DNA of 32,000 nt. It comes from Acaryochloris marina MBIC11017. GTDB lineage: Bacteria; Cyanobacteriota; Cyanobacteriia; Thermosynechococcales; Thermosynechococcaceae. Below the pieces are notes generated by a model that was given only the letters and a program-made list of their open reading frames with translations, did not search any database and was not told the origin of the DNA. The stretch lies in NCBI RefSeq assembly GCF_000018105.1, contig NC_009925.1, forward strand, positions 5,070,001 through 5,102,000, given 5' to 3'. A program made the position numbers and the translations under genes. Of this stretch, positions 1 through 9,245 are shown in pieces; within the stretch, counting starts at the first letter, position 1; every line of letters begins with the position of its first letter.

Positions 1-804
1 ACAAGGAACGCTAAGACAGCAATCTGATACATCACAATACCCGTCAATCAAAACACTAACAGGTAGGGTATGTCGCAGATCCTCGACGATGCTAAACACA
101 ATCATCTCTACGGCCAACGCTACGGTGTAGTTGGTATAGCCTTTGGCTTGGAAGATGGTCCAGGCAGACCGCTTGGCATCTTCGACCATCTGTTGGCGTA
201 AGGGGTTGGCATCAATTAATTCACCCCCGATCATGGCGGAACTGAGGGCGGCAAACTGGCTGTCCCCATGCTCTCCCAGAATATAGGCGTTGATATCAGA
301 GGAATGGATACCCAACTGGGCAGATAACAGATCCCGAAACCGGGCAGAGTCTATCAATGTGCCGGTACCGATGACGCGTTGCCAAGGGTTGAGATGGGTG
401 TGCTGCCTGATAATTTGCAGAATTTCGTAGTTTAGGGCGTCAACGGGGTTGCTGATATTGATAAAGATGGCATTCGGACTGTGTTGGAGAAGAGGCGGGA
501 TTAAGGTGTTCATGATCTGAATGTTCTTCGCCAGCAAGGCACTGCGGGCCTGCATCTGCTTGGGCATAGGAGCACTCGCAGCAATGACGATAATGTCGGA
601 CCCAGCGGTGTCCTCAAGATCGCCATCCCGAACCATTAGCCGATAGGGCGTCAGTGCGACGGCTTGCTGAATATCAATGGCCTCGGCATGGGCAATCTCC
701 CTAGTGCGGTTATAGAGAACTAACTCGGAGGCTAACCCTTCTTTCGCCAGGATAAAGCTGATGGTTGAACCTACTTTGCCAATGCCGATTATAGAAATTT
801 TCAT
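1..804 (-). CDS. ldh: L-lactate dehydrogenase (LDH/MDH family), partial; the C-terminus runs off the window start
   Basis: The reverse-strand frame is open from position 1 to the ATG at 802-804 (MKISIIGIGKVGST...). It has a Rossmann GIGKVG motif and the L-LDH active-site signature LGEHGDS. It is missing from the ORF track because there is no stop codon inside the window. Confidence 0.85.
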   Translation of the reverse strand, partial: MKISIIGIGKVGSTISFILAKEGLASELVLYNRTREIAHAEAIDIQQAVALTPYRLMVRDGDLEDTAGSDIIVIAASAPMPKQMQARSALLAKNIQIMNTLIPPLLQHSPNAIFINISNPVDALNYEILQIIRQHTHLNPWQRVIGTGTLIDSARFRDLLSAQLGIHSSDINAYILGEHGDSQFAALSSAMIGGELIDANPLRQQMVEDAKRSAWTIFQAKGYTNYTVALAVEMIVFSIVEDLRHTLPVSVLIDGYCDVSDCCLSVPC

Positions 805-1256
805 ATTACGACGCTGGGATGGAAATGGATTGTATATCTGCTTGATTCGTTAACTGCATAATTCTTCAATGGGAAGATGATGAATTGATAGAGGGGATCG
901 AAGCGGGCATGATTGTCTCTATAACGTTGACGACAATTGCACTTATTGCGGGGGCTCAAAATCTGCACTGGGTCAGTCGTTCAGATAGGGTGAATCCTCT
1001 TAATTATGACAATCGCTGCTGCTGGCGTGTCTGAGAAATGATCAAACTGTGACCTCGGCATTGAAGAAGCCTAGCCTACCTTCGATTTGAGAAACCATCT
1101 GAGATGAACAGCTAGATCGTAATTCGGAGAAAAAGTCTCTGGCATCAGAGTCATTCAGACCAAAAATTAAATATTTTTCTGGCGCTTTCCTTCTCTATTG
1201 AAAGATTGCTTGGCTTCTCAGTGGTTCGTTTACCGTCTGAAGTTTTTAGGTAAGCA

Positions 1257-2288
1257 ATGATGACGATTACTTTTAAGCAATATCCAAAGTGTATTTCTGA
1301 TCTATTCAACTATGGATTAATGTACGCGGTGGCAGAATATAAAATTCATTCTCCACAACCCTTAACCCAGTCTGAAAGTTGGGGCTATTGGACTCAACCT
1401 AGATCACCATGGATGGAAGGGTTGGCAAGAATTTATCCGCTTAAGGCACAACGCATCTCTTTCCTAAATCGGATGCTTGCTCAAGATCATGCCAGCGGTA
1501 TTGAAACTCATTACGATGTTTCCAATGAGTTCTATGCTTTGTTCCTAGACGAAAGATATCGGTTTTATACCTGTGCTGAATTTCAGTCAGAACAAGATTC
1601 TTTAGAAGAGGCACAAGCCCATAAAGCTCAATATCTCTTATCGTTAATGCAATTGCAGGGGAACGAGAAGGTTCTAGATCTCGGGTGTGGTTGGGGAGCC
1701 ATGTTGAAGTTTCTCCAAGATTCAGGCCATCAGGGGCCATTAGCAGGATACACCCTATCAAAAGAGCAGTTAGCCTATGCTCAACAACGGTTAGGGTTAA
1801 ACGTCTCTCTCACTAATTTTATTACGGATCAGTTTGTAGAAACTCCCTATGATTGCATCTTTTCGATTGGTGCTTTAGAGCATGTTCGCCCCCATGAACT
1901 CACAGATTTGTACCAAAAAATTTATGATGCACTCGTTCCTGGTGGCAAAGCGGTGCATCAATTCTTCTCTCTGGAGCGTGAGCCCTATCCAGCATCAATG
2001 GTTTTGATGCAACTTTTTTTCCCAGGGTCTCTATTGTCTATGCATAAGACTCATCTCCAAATCGCTCATGAGGTCGGGTTCCGTATTACCCATGACTCAA
2101 TTCATGACTACAAACCCACTTTGAAAGCCTGGTATGAACGATTGGCCAAAAACCAAGATCAAGCGATTGAGCTAGTGGGGCTAGACATATTCAATCGCTA
2201 TATGACCTTTTTCCCGATCGCATGGCTGTTCTTTGAGCAGCATGAAGCTGAACTCCATAGAATCGTGATGGAAAAACCAGAGACTTAA
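1257..2288 (+). CDS. SAM-dependent methyltransferase, cyclopropane-fatty-acyl-phospholipid synthase (CMAS) family
   Basis: 343-aa ORF. It contains the CMAS block THYDVSNEFYALFLDERYRFYTCAEF...AQAHKAQYLL followed by SAM motif I, VLDLGCGWGAM. Confidence 0.85.
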   Translation: MMTITFKQYPKCISDLFNYGLMYAVAEYKIHSPQPLTQSESWGYWTQPRSPWMEGLARIYPLKAQRISFLNRMLAQDHASGIETHYDVSNEFYALFLDERYRFYTCAEFQSEQDSLEEAQAHKAQYLLSLMQLQGNEKVLDLGCGWGAMLKFLQDSGHQGPLAGYTLSKEQLAYAQQRLGLNVSLTNFITDQFVETPYDCIFSIGALEHVRPHELTDLYQKIYDALVPGGKAVHQFFSLEREPYPASMVLMQLFFPGSLLSMHKTHLQIAHEVGFRITHDSIHDYKPTLKAWYERLAKNQDQAIELVGLDIFNRYMTFFPIAWLFFEQHEAELHRIVMEKPET

Positions 2289-2346
2289 AAACTTAAATGA
2301 GAGGATCATGAACGAATCTTCACATTTTTGAGATCGAGAGGGATAT

Positions 2347-5300
2347 CTAGAGTATCTGCTCTAAAATTGTTGGGTCTTTAATCTCATGATCTTTAGCCAG
2401 CATAATGGCCTTGGAAATCACCTCTGCCGTTTTTGGATCATTATCGGCAAAGGGCAAAAAGAGCCGTCCTCGATGTTGACTATGAACGGGCACCACACAA
2501 ATTGCGCCACCGGGTTGACGATGCACCATTGCACTGCCCAGATGAACGCTATAGCTACCCATCTTCCCTTCGATTAAGGCATGAGAATTTTGCAGTTGAA
2601 TATTATTAAGCTGGAGCAGGCGGCTGGTTTCTTGGAGCAGGGAAGCTCTCATTTCTACCGTCGAAGCACTGGCTTCTGGATCGACGCCGCCCTGGTGGGC
2701 CACGCTGACGACTAGATCTAGATCCCGCATCACTTCACTAAAAAGACGGGAGGGAACGGCGGATAATTCCAGGGGCTTGTAGGTGGTGCGATCGCAAAAG
2801 CAAATCTGATCTAAGGTAAACCCTTCCACCTCCGTCGGCGTATACCAGCCCTCTTCAAATTCAAGCCAGACCACAATCTGTTGATCATGAAAGGTACGCC
2901 GAATCCCTTCGTCTGGATGGGCGACCCAGCCCCGCTTGCCCAGGAGGGCCAAGGACTGCCGAGGGTTGACTTGATGCCCTGCATACCGACAAGAGCCAGA
3001 ACCCCGGCCTTGTTGTTCTGCCGTAGTCAAAACATAGAGTTCTCGGAAAATCTGCTTAAAGGGTTGGACTAGCTCCGACTGGAAACAGTATTGCTGCCAG
3101 AGATGCCAATCATCCCGCTCGGCTAAATCAACGGAGTGAGCAATGCGTAGCTGCATGGATGCTGTGATGGCCACGGTCTGACCGTCATGGTTGAATAATC
3201 CATCCACCTGGGGCAATCCGGCTACCCCGGTATCACTCTCAATAAACACCAGGCGCTGTAATACGGGTTTTAACAGGGGATGGGCTAAGAGTTGCTTTAA
3301 CTCGGTGCCAGTGAACTGATCGCCCCGGCACATGGATTGTTCTAAGGATTGAGTGATACGACTGGCCTGCTGGGTAATCTCTTTTTTGCGCTGTTGCAGG
3401 GCTTTGATCTCTGGATTTTTGCGGAGTTTAGCTGGGACTGATTTGAGGGATTTCCCATTTTTAAGCACCGAAATCTGGGGTTTACCATCAGGAGTGATGG
3501 TTAAACTGACGGTGACCGGATCAATCTCTACGGACACAGCGCCAGTGGCCAAATCTTGGATCGCCATCCCTTCCATGGCCCATTCCAGCCGCTGCGGATC
3601 GGGATACCCAGCGGTGCGCGCTAAGTTATCCATGCTAATGCGAGCGGCTAGCTTTTCACTGGCTTGACGCTGGGAGCCAAACTTACGGCTCTCCCGCAGA
3701 AATTCTTGGATGATTTGATAGCGTTCCAGGAGGTCTGCGTCTCGCTTTTTCCCTCTTGCTAAAGGCAGTAGGCCCAAGGCCCGCACACTATCTTGATGGC
3801 GCTTGGTTTGCAGCCGTTTAATCAGGCCAGCTCGATCGGTTACCCCGGTCATAGCCTCGGCAAAGAGTTGTGCTCGCTTATGCCCTCCACCGCCAGAGGT
3901 GTACTTGGCGGCTTCATTTAAGGCCGTCCACCGATCCGACTTCATGCCTTTGCGAATCCGCTGAAACCAGGCCACATCCACAGCGCCATCCAACAAATCC
4001 TGGCTAGAGAGGGGCGTCCGTTCGGCAATCTGAGCGGCCCACAGGTTGCGAATATCAGCATCCACCTGCCAAGCCTCATCTTTGGTATGGGCATGAAACC
4101 ACCAAACGGCTTCCGCAAACCCTTTCCACCGCAGGGCATGTTCAATGTAATTCACCCATTGGGGCGCATACATGGCCAGCTCTACAAGCTGCTGGGTGGG
4201 GATAGCGGCAGCTTTAACGATTTTGGCAAAGTCCTGGGGCGTTTCGTCTTCTCCCGGAAAAGAAACCCGACATAGATGGCTTAATACCGCAGTCCGACTT
4301 TTACTATCCGAGACCCAACCCCGAATAAATTTTTCATTATCCAGCTTTTGCAGGAGGTTCACTACGGTGGCAATGCCTTCAATGGAACTGAGATTCTTGG
4401 CAACTTCAGTGGCTGCGGTGGGCAGTTCGCCTCGGGTAAGTTCGACTTCCAGGATGCGATCGCAACATTGATTCACGATCTGACCGATCTTGGGATTAGC
4501 CTGTATGCAGGGATGCGGCTTCCGTTGGGTCAACTCTCGCAGTTCGTTAAACCTCGAAGACATGGGGCGAGCACCAATTAAGTAATCGCAGAAATCTGCA
4601 TCAGTAGCAGCTTCAGCACCATAGGCTAGGGTAATTTCCTGCAACTCAGGCCGATGGCGTTGAATAAATCCTTCTTGGACAGTTTCAAAGCGGTCGTAGC
4701 TATAGCGAGTTTCTCCTGATTTAACCCGCCAATAGGGGACACTCTTATCGCTAGGTTCATCAATCCAACGCAGGAGCTGCCAAAGGTGGCGAAACTGTTC
4801 CACAGACCATTCTGTCGGGTGATCACGGAAATGAGATCTGGCTAAATTTAGCCACACCAACAGTCTTGAATGACGCCACTCCTTCCGCTTGCTTGCCGTA
4901 TGTTGATGGATGATAGCTAGGGTATATTGAGCTGCATTTAACAAGGCATCAATTAAATTTTGGGGTGGCTCCAAATAAATCAACCAAGATAGAAGGCCGG
5001 GTATCAAAGGGGAGGTTAGTTCAACTGGGCTAAACCACTGCTCAAAAAGTTCCAGTTGCCACTTGGGCGGTTGGTTGCGTCCACGATCCATTCCAAACTC
5101 GTAGTGAAATGGCTGGCTATTTGCACCATGACAAGCCGCAATGGCACGAATGATTTCCAATCCATCTGGATCTCGTAAAGCCTTTGGGCGATTCATTAAC
5201 CAAGTCTGCCAAACTTCTGCCAAAGGAAGTCTTTTTAGATTCTCCTCCTGAGATAGCTTGAAATCGGGTGTTGGCAGCCAGTAAAGATTCCCCAATAATT

Positions 5301-7269
5301 GTTCCTGGGGATAGTCGCTATTGAGTACAACCTCCTCAGTCCGGTGCTCGTCAATTAGTGCATGTAAGGAGGCCAGTATTTCTTGGGCTGCCTCGGAAAC
5401 CAAGGGAATGGGATGTTTGGGTTGTTTCGGGCATTGGGGATGCGATCGCAACTCCCAAGGCGCTAAACCCAAAGCATCATCCAAGGTGGGAATATCCTGT
5501 TGATCCGCCAGAAGCTGATCAAGCAGTTCTTGTTCACTTGCCGTCCGCTTGGGACGCTGGCTAGCGTAGGCTTCAGCGACGGGTTTGACCTGGCCCCGAT
5601 CCGTTTGCTGAAGTTGGACAAGCAGTTCTAACCCGGCTTTGCGCTGAGGGGCTTTAGACTGGCTTAGAAGTCGTTGGGCACTCTCAATGACGGCATCATC
5701 TTCTTGTTTTAACAACAAGGACAGCACACCCCTCCTCAAGTCTGCTGCTTTGCGATATAGCATCGACTCCAGGGTTTGGGCTTCAGGGGCAGTTGGACAG
5801 TAGCGATGAGCGTTGAGAGCACTCATGATTTGCTCCCGGACATAGCTACTGCGATCGCGAATTAGTTCAAAAACAACCTCCCGAGTCTGATCATCCCAAG
5901 TTTGCTTAATTAACTGTTTCCCCACTTCAATGCGGCCCCATTCGCCCATCATGGTTCGATAAGGCATTAACTGCTCAACAGGGCGGTCACCTAAACTGCG
6001 AACCAGATTGTCGGCAACACTCTGCAGGGTAATGGTGTAATTCATCCATGACCACACCAGGGGTTCAATGGATGTTTCTTTCGCGGAAAAGCGGTTGATA
6101 AACGTTTCTAATGCTTCAAAGCCAGCCCTGCATCCCAAGGAGAGATAGGCTTGAACGGCAACTCGGATATCATTGTCGGCAAGACTGGGAATAAGGGCCT
6201 CTCGGGCTTGACTGGTATCTAATTGACGAAGCAGATAAGCCGCCACAAATCTTTGCTCAACGGTCCCTGTTTTCAGAAGTTCCACGGCAGGTGGAATTGC
6301 TAGATCGACATTTTCGAAGGCCAGAGACCAAAGGGCGAGATAAACCCGATTAGGGTCATCATTTTGGAGGAACGCAGTTCGTTGGTTCGGGTGCTCCAAC
6401 ACCTGGAGAAGCAGTTCTAAACTTTCTTGCACCCGACGCTGATGCTCCACCTCCCAACCCAGGCCAAACCATACATCCACGGCTCGGATCGTGGCACTAA
6501 AGCGGACAAGATTATGCTCTAGGATAACGCGGACGATCCGTTGAAAGGCTTGGGGATGGGCTTCATCAATGGTTTCTAAAATGGTTTGCCGTAGTCCTTC
6601 TTGGCGTTGGGCAGCCACTAGCAGATTCTCAATCAACTCCCAGCCCTCGGGGCGATTGGCGACTAGCAGGGCGCGAGTCACATGCCGCCCCATGGCACCA
6701 ATCTCATGGTCACCCCGAGCGGAGTCACAGAGAGTCTCGAAAATCTGATCGCCTAAAGCATCGCCTTGGTTGATGGCTGCAGCGAACAAGCGCCCTAGAA
6801 GATCGGCACTATAGCCCAGATAAGGAGCCCAAGCTGCATACCAGTCCAGGGGCTGTTCATACCCTCGGACAATCCCCAGTAATGACTGAATAAAATTCCG
6901 ACGGGCAAATTCATGATGTTCAGGATGGTCCGAGCGAAAGGCTCTGCGAGAGTAACCCACCTGATAGGGGAGGGTCGTAATCAAATCGTAAGCTAGCAAC
7001 ACATAGTCGCTGATTTGAGGAAAGAGAACCTCAAAAAGTTGGGACCGCTCTGATTCTGAAAGCTCAATCGCGTCTTGACAGGGCTGCCAGTAGGGCTCTC
7101 GGTTATAGGGGTGGTCCCACTCATAGAGTGAATCATCTAGGCGCAACATTCTCCGGCCAATATGATTCAAGTGGTCCGGTAATGCGGCCAGTTCAGTGGC
7201 TCGGCGATCCGACCATTCTTCAACCCGAAATTTCTTCAGGGATTCCTGCGCAAGTTCACGATTTAGCAT
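2347..7269 (-). CDS. Giant 1640-aa protein of unknown function; HEAT/ARM-like helical N-terminal two thirds plus a DUF4132-like C-terminal region
   Basis: Uninterrupted 4.9-kb ORF. The N-terminal ~900 aa are helical-repeat-like. The block ISVLKNGKSLKSVPAKLRKN...LLAHPLLKPVLQRLVF...LRIAHSVDL...SELVQPFKQIFRELY (about nt 3010-3582) matches my memory of DUF4132 (E. coli YehI/MolR type). Further C-terminal blocks are VMRDLDLVVSVAHQGGVDPEASASTVEMR, YSVHLGSAMVH and LFLPFADNDPKTAEVISKAIMLAKD. I saw no P-loop or recognisable catalytic motif. The ATG lies 1 nt after the upstream stop and is preceded by GGGGGA. The CDS call is confident; the family assignment is about 0.5. Confidence 0.9.
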   Translation of the reverse strand: MLNRELAQESLKKFRVEEWSDRRATELAALPDHLNHIGRRMLRLDDSLYEWDHPYNREPYWQPCQDAIELSESERSQLFEVLFPQISDYVLLAYDLITTLPYQVGYSRRAFRSDHPEHHEFARRNFIQSLLGIVRGYEQPLDWYAAWAPYLGYSADLLGRLFAAAINQGDALGDQIFETLCDSARGDHEIGAMGRHVTRALLVANRPEGWELIENLLVAAQRQEGLRQTILETIDEAHPQAFQRIVRVILEHNLVRFSATIRAVDVWFGLGWEVEHQRRVQESLELLLQVLEHPNQRTAFLQNDDPNRVYLALWSLAFENVDLAIPPAVELLKTGTVEQRFVAAYLLRQLDTSQAREALIPSLADNDIRVAVQAYLSLGCRAGFEALETFINRFSAKETSIEPLVWSWMNYTITLQSVADNLVRSLGDRPVEQLMPYRTMMGEWGRIEVGKQLIKQTWDDQTREVVFELIRDRSSYVREQIMSALNAHRYCPTAPEAQTLESMLYRKAADLRRGVLSLLLKQEDDAVIESAQRLLSQSKAPQRKAGLELLVQLQQTDRGQVKPVAEAYASQRPKRTASEQELLDQLLADQQDIPTLDDALGLAPWELRSHPQCPKQPKHPIPLVSEAAQEILASLHALIDEHRTEEVVLNSDYPQEQLLGNLYWLPTPDFKLSQEENLKRLPLAEVWQTWLMNRPKALRDPDGLEIIRAIAACHGANSQPFHYEFGMDRGRNQPPKWQLELFEQWFSPVELTSPLIPGLLSWLIYLEPPQNLIDALLNAAQYTLAIIHQHTASKRKEWRHSRLLVWLNLARSHFRDHPTEWSVEQFRHLWQLLRWIDEPSDKSVPYWRVKSGETRYSYDRFETVQEGFIQRHRPELQEITLAYGAEAATDADFCDYLIGARPMSSRFNELRELTQRKPHPCIQANPKIGQIVNQCCDRILEVELTRGELPTAATEVAKNLSSIEGIATVVNLLQKLDNEKFIRGWVSDSKSRTAVLSHLCRVSFPGEDETPQDFAKIVKAAAIPTQQLVELAMYAPQWVNYIEHALRWKGFAEAVWWFHAHTKDEAWQVDADIRNLWAAQIAERTPLSSQDLLDGAVDVAWFQRIRKGMKSDRWTALNEAAKYTSGGGGHKRAQLFAEAMTGVTDRAGLIKRLQTKRHQDSVRALGLLPLARGKKRDADLLERYQIIQEFLRESRKFGSQRQASEKLAARISMDNLARTAGYPDPQRLEWAMEGMAIQDLATGAVSVEIDPVTVSLTITPDGKPQISVLKNGKSLKSVPAKLRKNPEIKALQQRKKEITQQASRITQSLEQSMCRGDQFTGTELKQLLAHPLLKPVLQRLVFIESDTGVAGLPQVDGLFNHDGQTVAITASMQLRIAHSVDLAERDDWHLWQQYCFQSELVQPFKQIFRELYVLTTAEQQGRGSGSCRYAGHQVNPRQSLALLGKRGWVAHPDEGIRRTFHDQQIVVWLEFEEGWYTPTEVEGFTLDQICFCDRTTYKPLELSAVPSRLFSEVMRDLDLVVSVAHQGGVDPEASASTVEMRASLLQETSRLLQLNNIQLQNSHALIEGKMGSYSVHLGSAMVHRQPGGAICVVPVHSQHRGRLFLPFADNDPKTAEVISKAIMLAKDHEIKDPTILEQIL

Positions 7270-7270
7270 G

Positions 7271-7702
7271 TTATCCCCCTACCAGTGCAACGAGTCGAAT
7301 AAACGTTAAGCGGCTATCGAGCTTGAGATGCACGGTGGCATCTAACGCTTCCTGCTGCACATCATCCAGAAATACGTAGTACAGCCCATCAATAAAGCCC
7401 ATAATGGCGGTCTCGATCGCCGCCGCCTCATCCACGCCTTGTTCAAAGTCGCGATCGCCCATGGTTACTTTGCCCTCAGCCAAGCCCTGATGGATCTCGT
7501 CCTTCCTTAGGAACCGCTGTAACTTCTGCTCCGTTTGCCGCGTTTGAAAAGCCTGGACTTCAGCCCTCACTACACAGGTAATCAGGTCACGGAGCGTGAG
7601 GGGAGAATCTTGTAGAGAAGGTGGGATGGGAATGGACCAATCAGAAAAGATGGGACGTCGTTTCCCAACGACTTTTCCCTCAACGGTGATACAGGAAGTC
7701 AT
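7271..7702 (-). CDS. 143-aa hypothetical protein ending in Gly-Gly (candidate beta-grasp/ubiquitin-like tail), translationally coupled to the giant ORF
   Basis: The ORF ends ...LKLDSRLTFIRLVALVGG-TAA. Its stop (7271-7273) is separated by a single nt from the ATG of the 1640-aa gene (7267-7269). A promoter-like -35/-10 pair lies just upstream. I recognised no known family. Confidence 0.7.
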   Translation of the reverse strand: MTSCITVEGKVVGKRRPIFSDWSIPIPPSLQDSPLTLRDLITCVVRAEVQAFQTRQTEQKLQRFLRKDEIHQGLAEGKVTMGDRDFEQGVDEAAAIETAIMGFIDGLYYVFLDDVQQEALDATVHLKLDSRLTFIRLVALVGG

Positions 7703-7720
7703 GTGATTAGGAGGAGAAGT

Positions 7721-7760
7721 GAAACAAATGTACTATAGCCAATGAAAATTAAATTGTCAT
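7721..7760 (-). promoter_or_regulatory. Promoter-like element for the 143-aa/1640-aa genes, with an overlapping LexA-box-like motif
   Basis: On the minus strand: ATGACA (7755-7760), a 17-nt spacer, then TATAGT (7732-7737). AGTACATTTGTTTC (7721-7734) has one mismatch to the cyanobacterial LexA consensus RGTACNNNDGTWCB and overlaps the -10. The element lies 19-58 nt upstream of the ATG at 7702. Confidence 0.35.
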
Positions 7761-7791
7761 CAGTGAAAAAGCAGAATCTTGCGGGTGATAC

Positions 7792-7995
7792 TCAATCTAC
7801 TTCTAGGGAATGTTCAACCAGGAACCGCCCTGCTGATAATGCCCCTAGATTACTCTCATAGAACTCACCATCGGTATGGACCTGATGTTCGGGGGTGATC
7901 ACCCAACATTGATATCCCCATTCCAATGCATAGGAGACACCAATTAGCCATCCACCGGGAAATCCAACTAAATCGGTTAGGGAGTCTATTGCCAT
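7792..7995 (-). CDS. 67-aa hypothetical protein
   Basis: The ORF has a strong Shine-Dalgarno (GGGAGGG) a few nt upstream of its ATG. It has the same orientation as the 143-aa and 1640-aa genes and lies 89 nt upstream of them. I recognised no family. Confidence 0.5.
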   Translation of the reverse strand: MAIDSLTDLVGFPGGWLIGVSYALEWGYQCWVITPEHQVHTDGEFYESNLGALSAGRFLVEHSLEVD

Positions 7996-8039
7996 TCAAC
8001 CCTCCCTACAAAGAGGAAAAAGAAACTTTTTTTGCCCTG

Positions 8040-8073
8040 TTGACACAAGACTAGTACAAGTATACTATACTAG
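8040..8073 (+). promoter_or_regulatory. recA promoter with a LexA-box-like palindrome
   Basis: TTGACA (8040-8045), a 17-nt spacer, then TACTAT (8063-8068). AGTACAAGTATACT (8053-8066) has one mismatch to RGTACNNNDGTWCB. It is embedded in the inverted repeat CTAGTA-N11-TACTAG (8051-8073). Confidence 0.5.
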
Positions 8074-8110
8074 TCGAACAACCTCAAATTATCCTTTTGG
8101 AGACCCAATC

Positions 8111-9169
8111 ATGGCCACCCATACCGACGCTTCCGAAAAGCAAAAAGCCCTGGACTTGGTGATGAAAAATGTGGAACGGACCTTTGGTAAAGGGTCAATT
8201 ATGCGTCTTGGGGATGCCACGCGGATGCAGATTGAAACCATTTCTACAGGCGCTTTGACTCTGGATCTGGCGTTGGGGGGCGGGCTACCCAGGGGACGAG
8301 TGATTGAGATCTATGGTCCTGAAAGTTCTGGAAAAACCACCGTAGCGTTACATGCGATCGCACAGATCCAAAAAAACGGCGGAGTCGCGGCCTTCGTCGA
8401 TGCTGAACATGCCCTAGACCCGGTCTATGCCGCTGCCTTGGGGGTCGATGTTTCTGAACTTCTGGTCAGCCAGCCTGACTCCGGCGAGATGGCCCTAGAA
8501 ATTGTCGATCAGCTGGTCCGCTCTAGTGCCGTTGATCTGGTGGTGGTGGATTCCGTGGCTGCCCTCACCCCCCGTGCTGAAATCGAAGGGGATATGGGCG
8601 ATTCCCACATGGGATTACAGGCTCGGTTAATGAGTCAGGCCCTCAGAAAAATCACCAGTAATATTTCCAAATCCGGCAGTACTGTTATTTTCCTCAACCA
8701 GCTTCGCCAGAAGATTGGTGTGACCTACGGTAGCCCCGAAGTCACCACAGGCGGAAACGCCCTCAAATTCTATGCTTCCGTTCGCCTCGATATCCGCCGC
8801 ATTCAAACCCTCAAAAAAGGCACGGATATGTTTGGGATTCGGGCCAAAGTCAAAGTCGCCAAGAACAAAGTGGCTCCTCCGTTTCGAATTGCCGAGTTTG
8901 ACATTCTGTTCGGCCAAGGCATTTCCACTACAGGATGCCTGGTTGATATGGCCGAAGAAACAGATGTGATTGTTCGCAAAGGGGCTTGGTATAGCTTCGA
9001 TGGCAACAATATTGGCCAGGGACGAGAAAATACGATTCAGTACTTTATCGATAATCCGGAATTCGCTGAGAATGTCGAGCAACAAGTCCGCCAGAAGTTG
9101 GAGTTAGGGGCTGAAGTCTCTGCCAATTCGATCACAGCTGTGGAAGTTGAGGAAGAAGAGGCCGCATAA
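8111..9169 (+). CDS. recA: Recombinase RecA
   Basis: Walker [10 protein letters not shown], the typical RecA core ([27 protein letters not shown]), and an acidic C-terminal tail (EVEEEEAA). Confidence 0.98.
   Translation: MATHTDASEKQKALDLVMKNVERTFGKGSIMRLGDATRMQIETISTGALTLDLALGGGLPRGRVIEIYGPESSGKTTVALHAIAQIQKNGGVAAFVDAEHALDPVYAAALGVDVSELLVSQPDSGEMALEIVDQLVRSSAVDLVVVDSVAALTPRAEIEGDMGDSHMGLQARLMSQALRKITSNISKSGSTVIFLNQLRQKIGVTYGSPEVTTGGNALKFYASVRLDIRRIQTLKKGTDMFGIRAKVKVAKNKVAPPFRIAEFDILFGQGISTTGCLVDMAEETDVIVRKGAWYSFDGNNIGQGRENTIQYFIDNPEFAENVEQQVRQKLELGAEVSANSITAVEVEEEEAA
8354..8361. repeat. HIP1 octamer GCGATCGC (one representative of 11 perfect copies)
   Basis: Perfect copies start at 2788, 4456, 5442, 5851, 7451, 8354, 12426, 18675, 20466, 24417 and 24674. 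Confidence 0.9.
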
Positions 9170-9245
9170 TACCGGCTTAATCTCCATCCCCTATCATTTC
9201 AACGCTTAATTTGTCCGACCTGATTCTTACATTGAGGAACATTCA

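Noticed and set aside
909-1034. 41-aa ORF with a hydrophobic N-terminus in the ldh-methyltransferase spacer
   Set aside because: It has no RBS or recognisable family, so it is at chance level.
3430-3460. P-loop-like NGKS in the giant protein (SVLKNGKSLKS)
   Set aside because: It does not fit GxxxxGK[ST] because there is no Gly at -5, and there is no Walker B context.
2386-5564. Many 60-104-aa plus-strand ORFs (for example 2386-2577, 3353-3667, 4172-4471, 5358-5564) and short minus-strand ORFs in other frames inside the 1640-aa gene
   Set aside because: All lie entirely within the long, uninterrupted 4.9-kb coding frame. Their composition is low-complexity or Arg/Ser/Cys-rich, typical of shadow frames, and they have no motifs or start signals.
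5932-5940. WGR tripeptide (GEWGRIEVGKQ) in the giant protein, reminiscent of the WGR domain seen at the N-terminus of some DUF4132 proteins
   Set aside because: Only the short motif matches. The surrounding sequence looks helical and lacks the beta-rich WGR context, so I consider it coincidental unless an HMM says otherwise.
8627-9085. 152-aa antisense ORF and other small ORFs inside recA
   Set aside because: They are shadow frames of an unambiguous recA gene.
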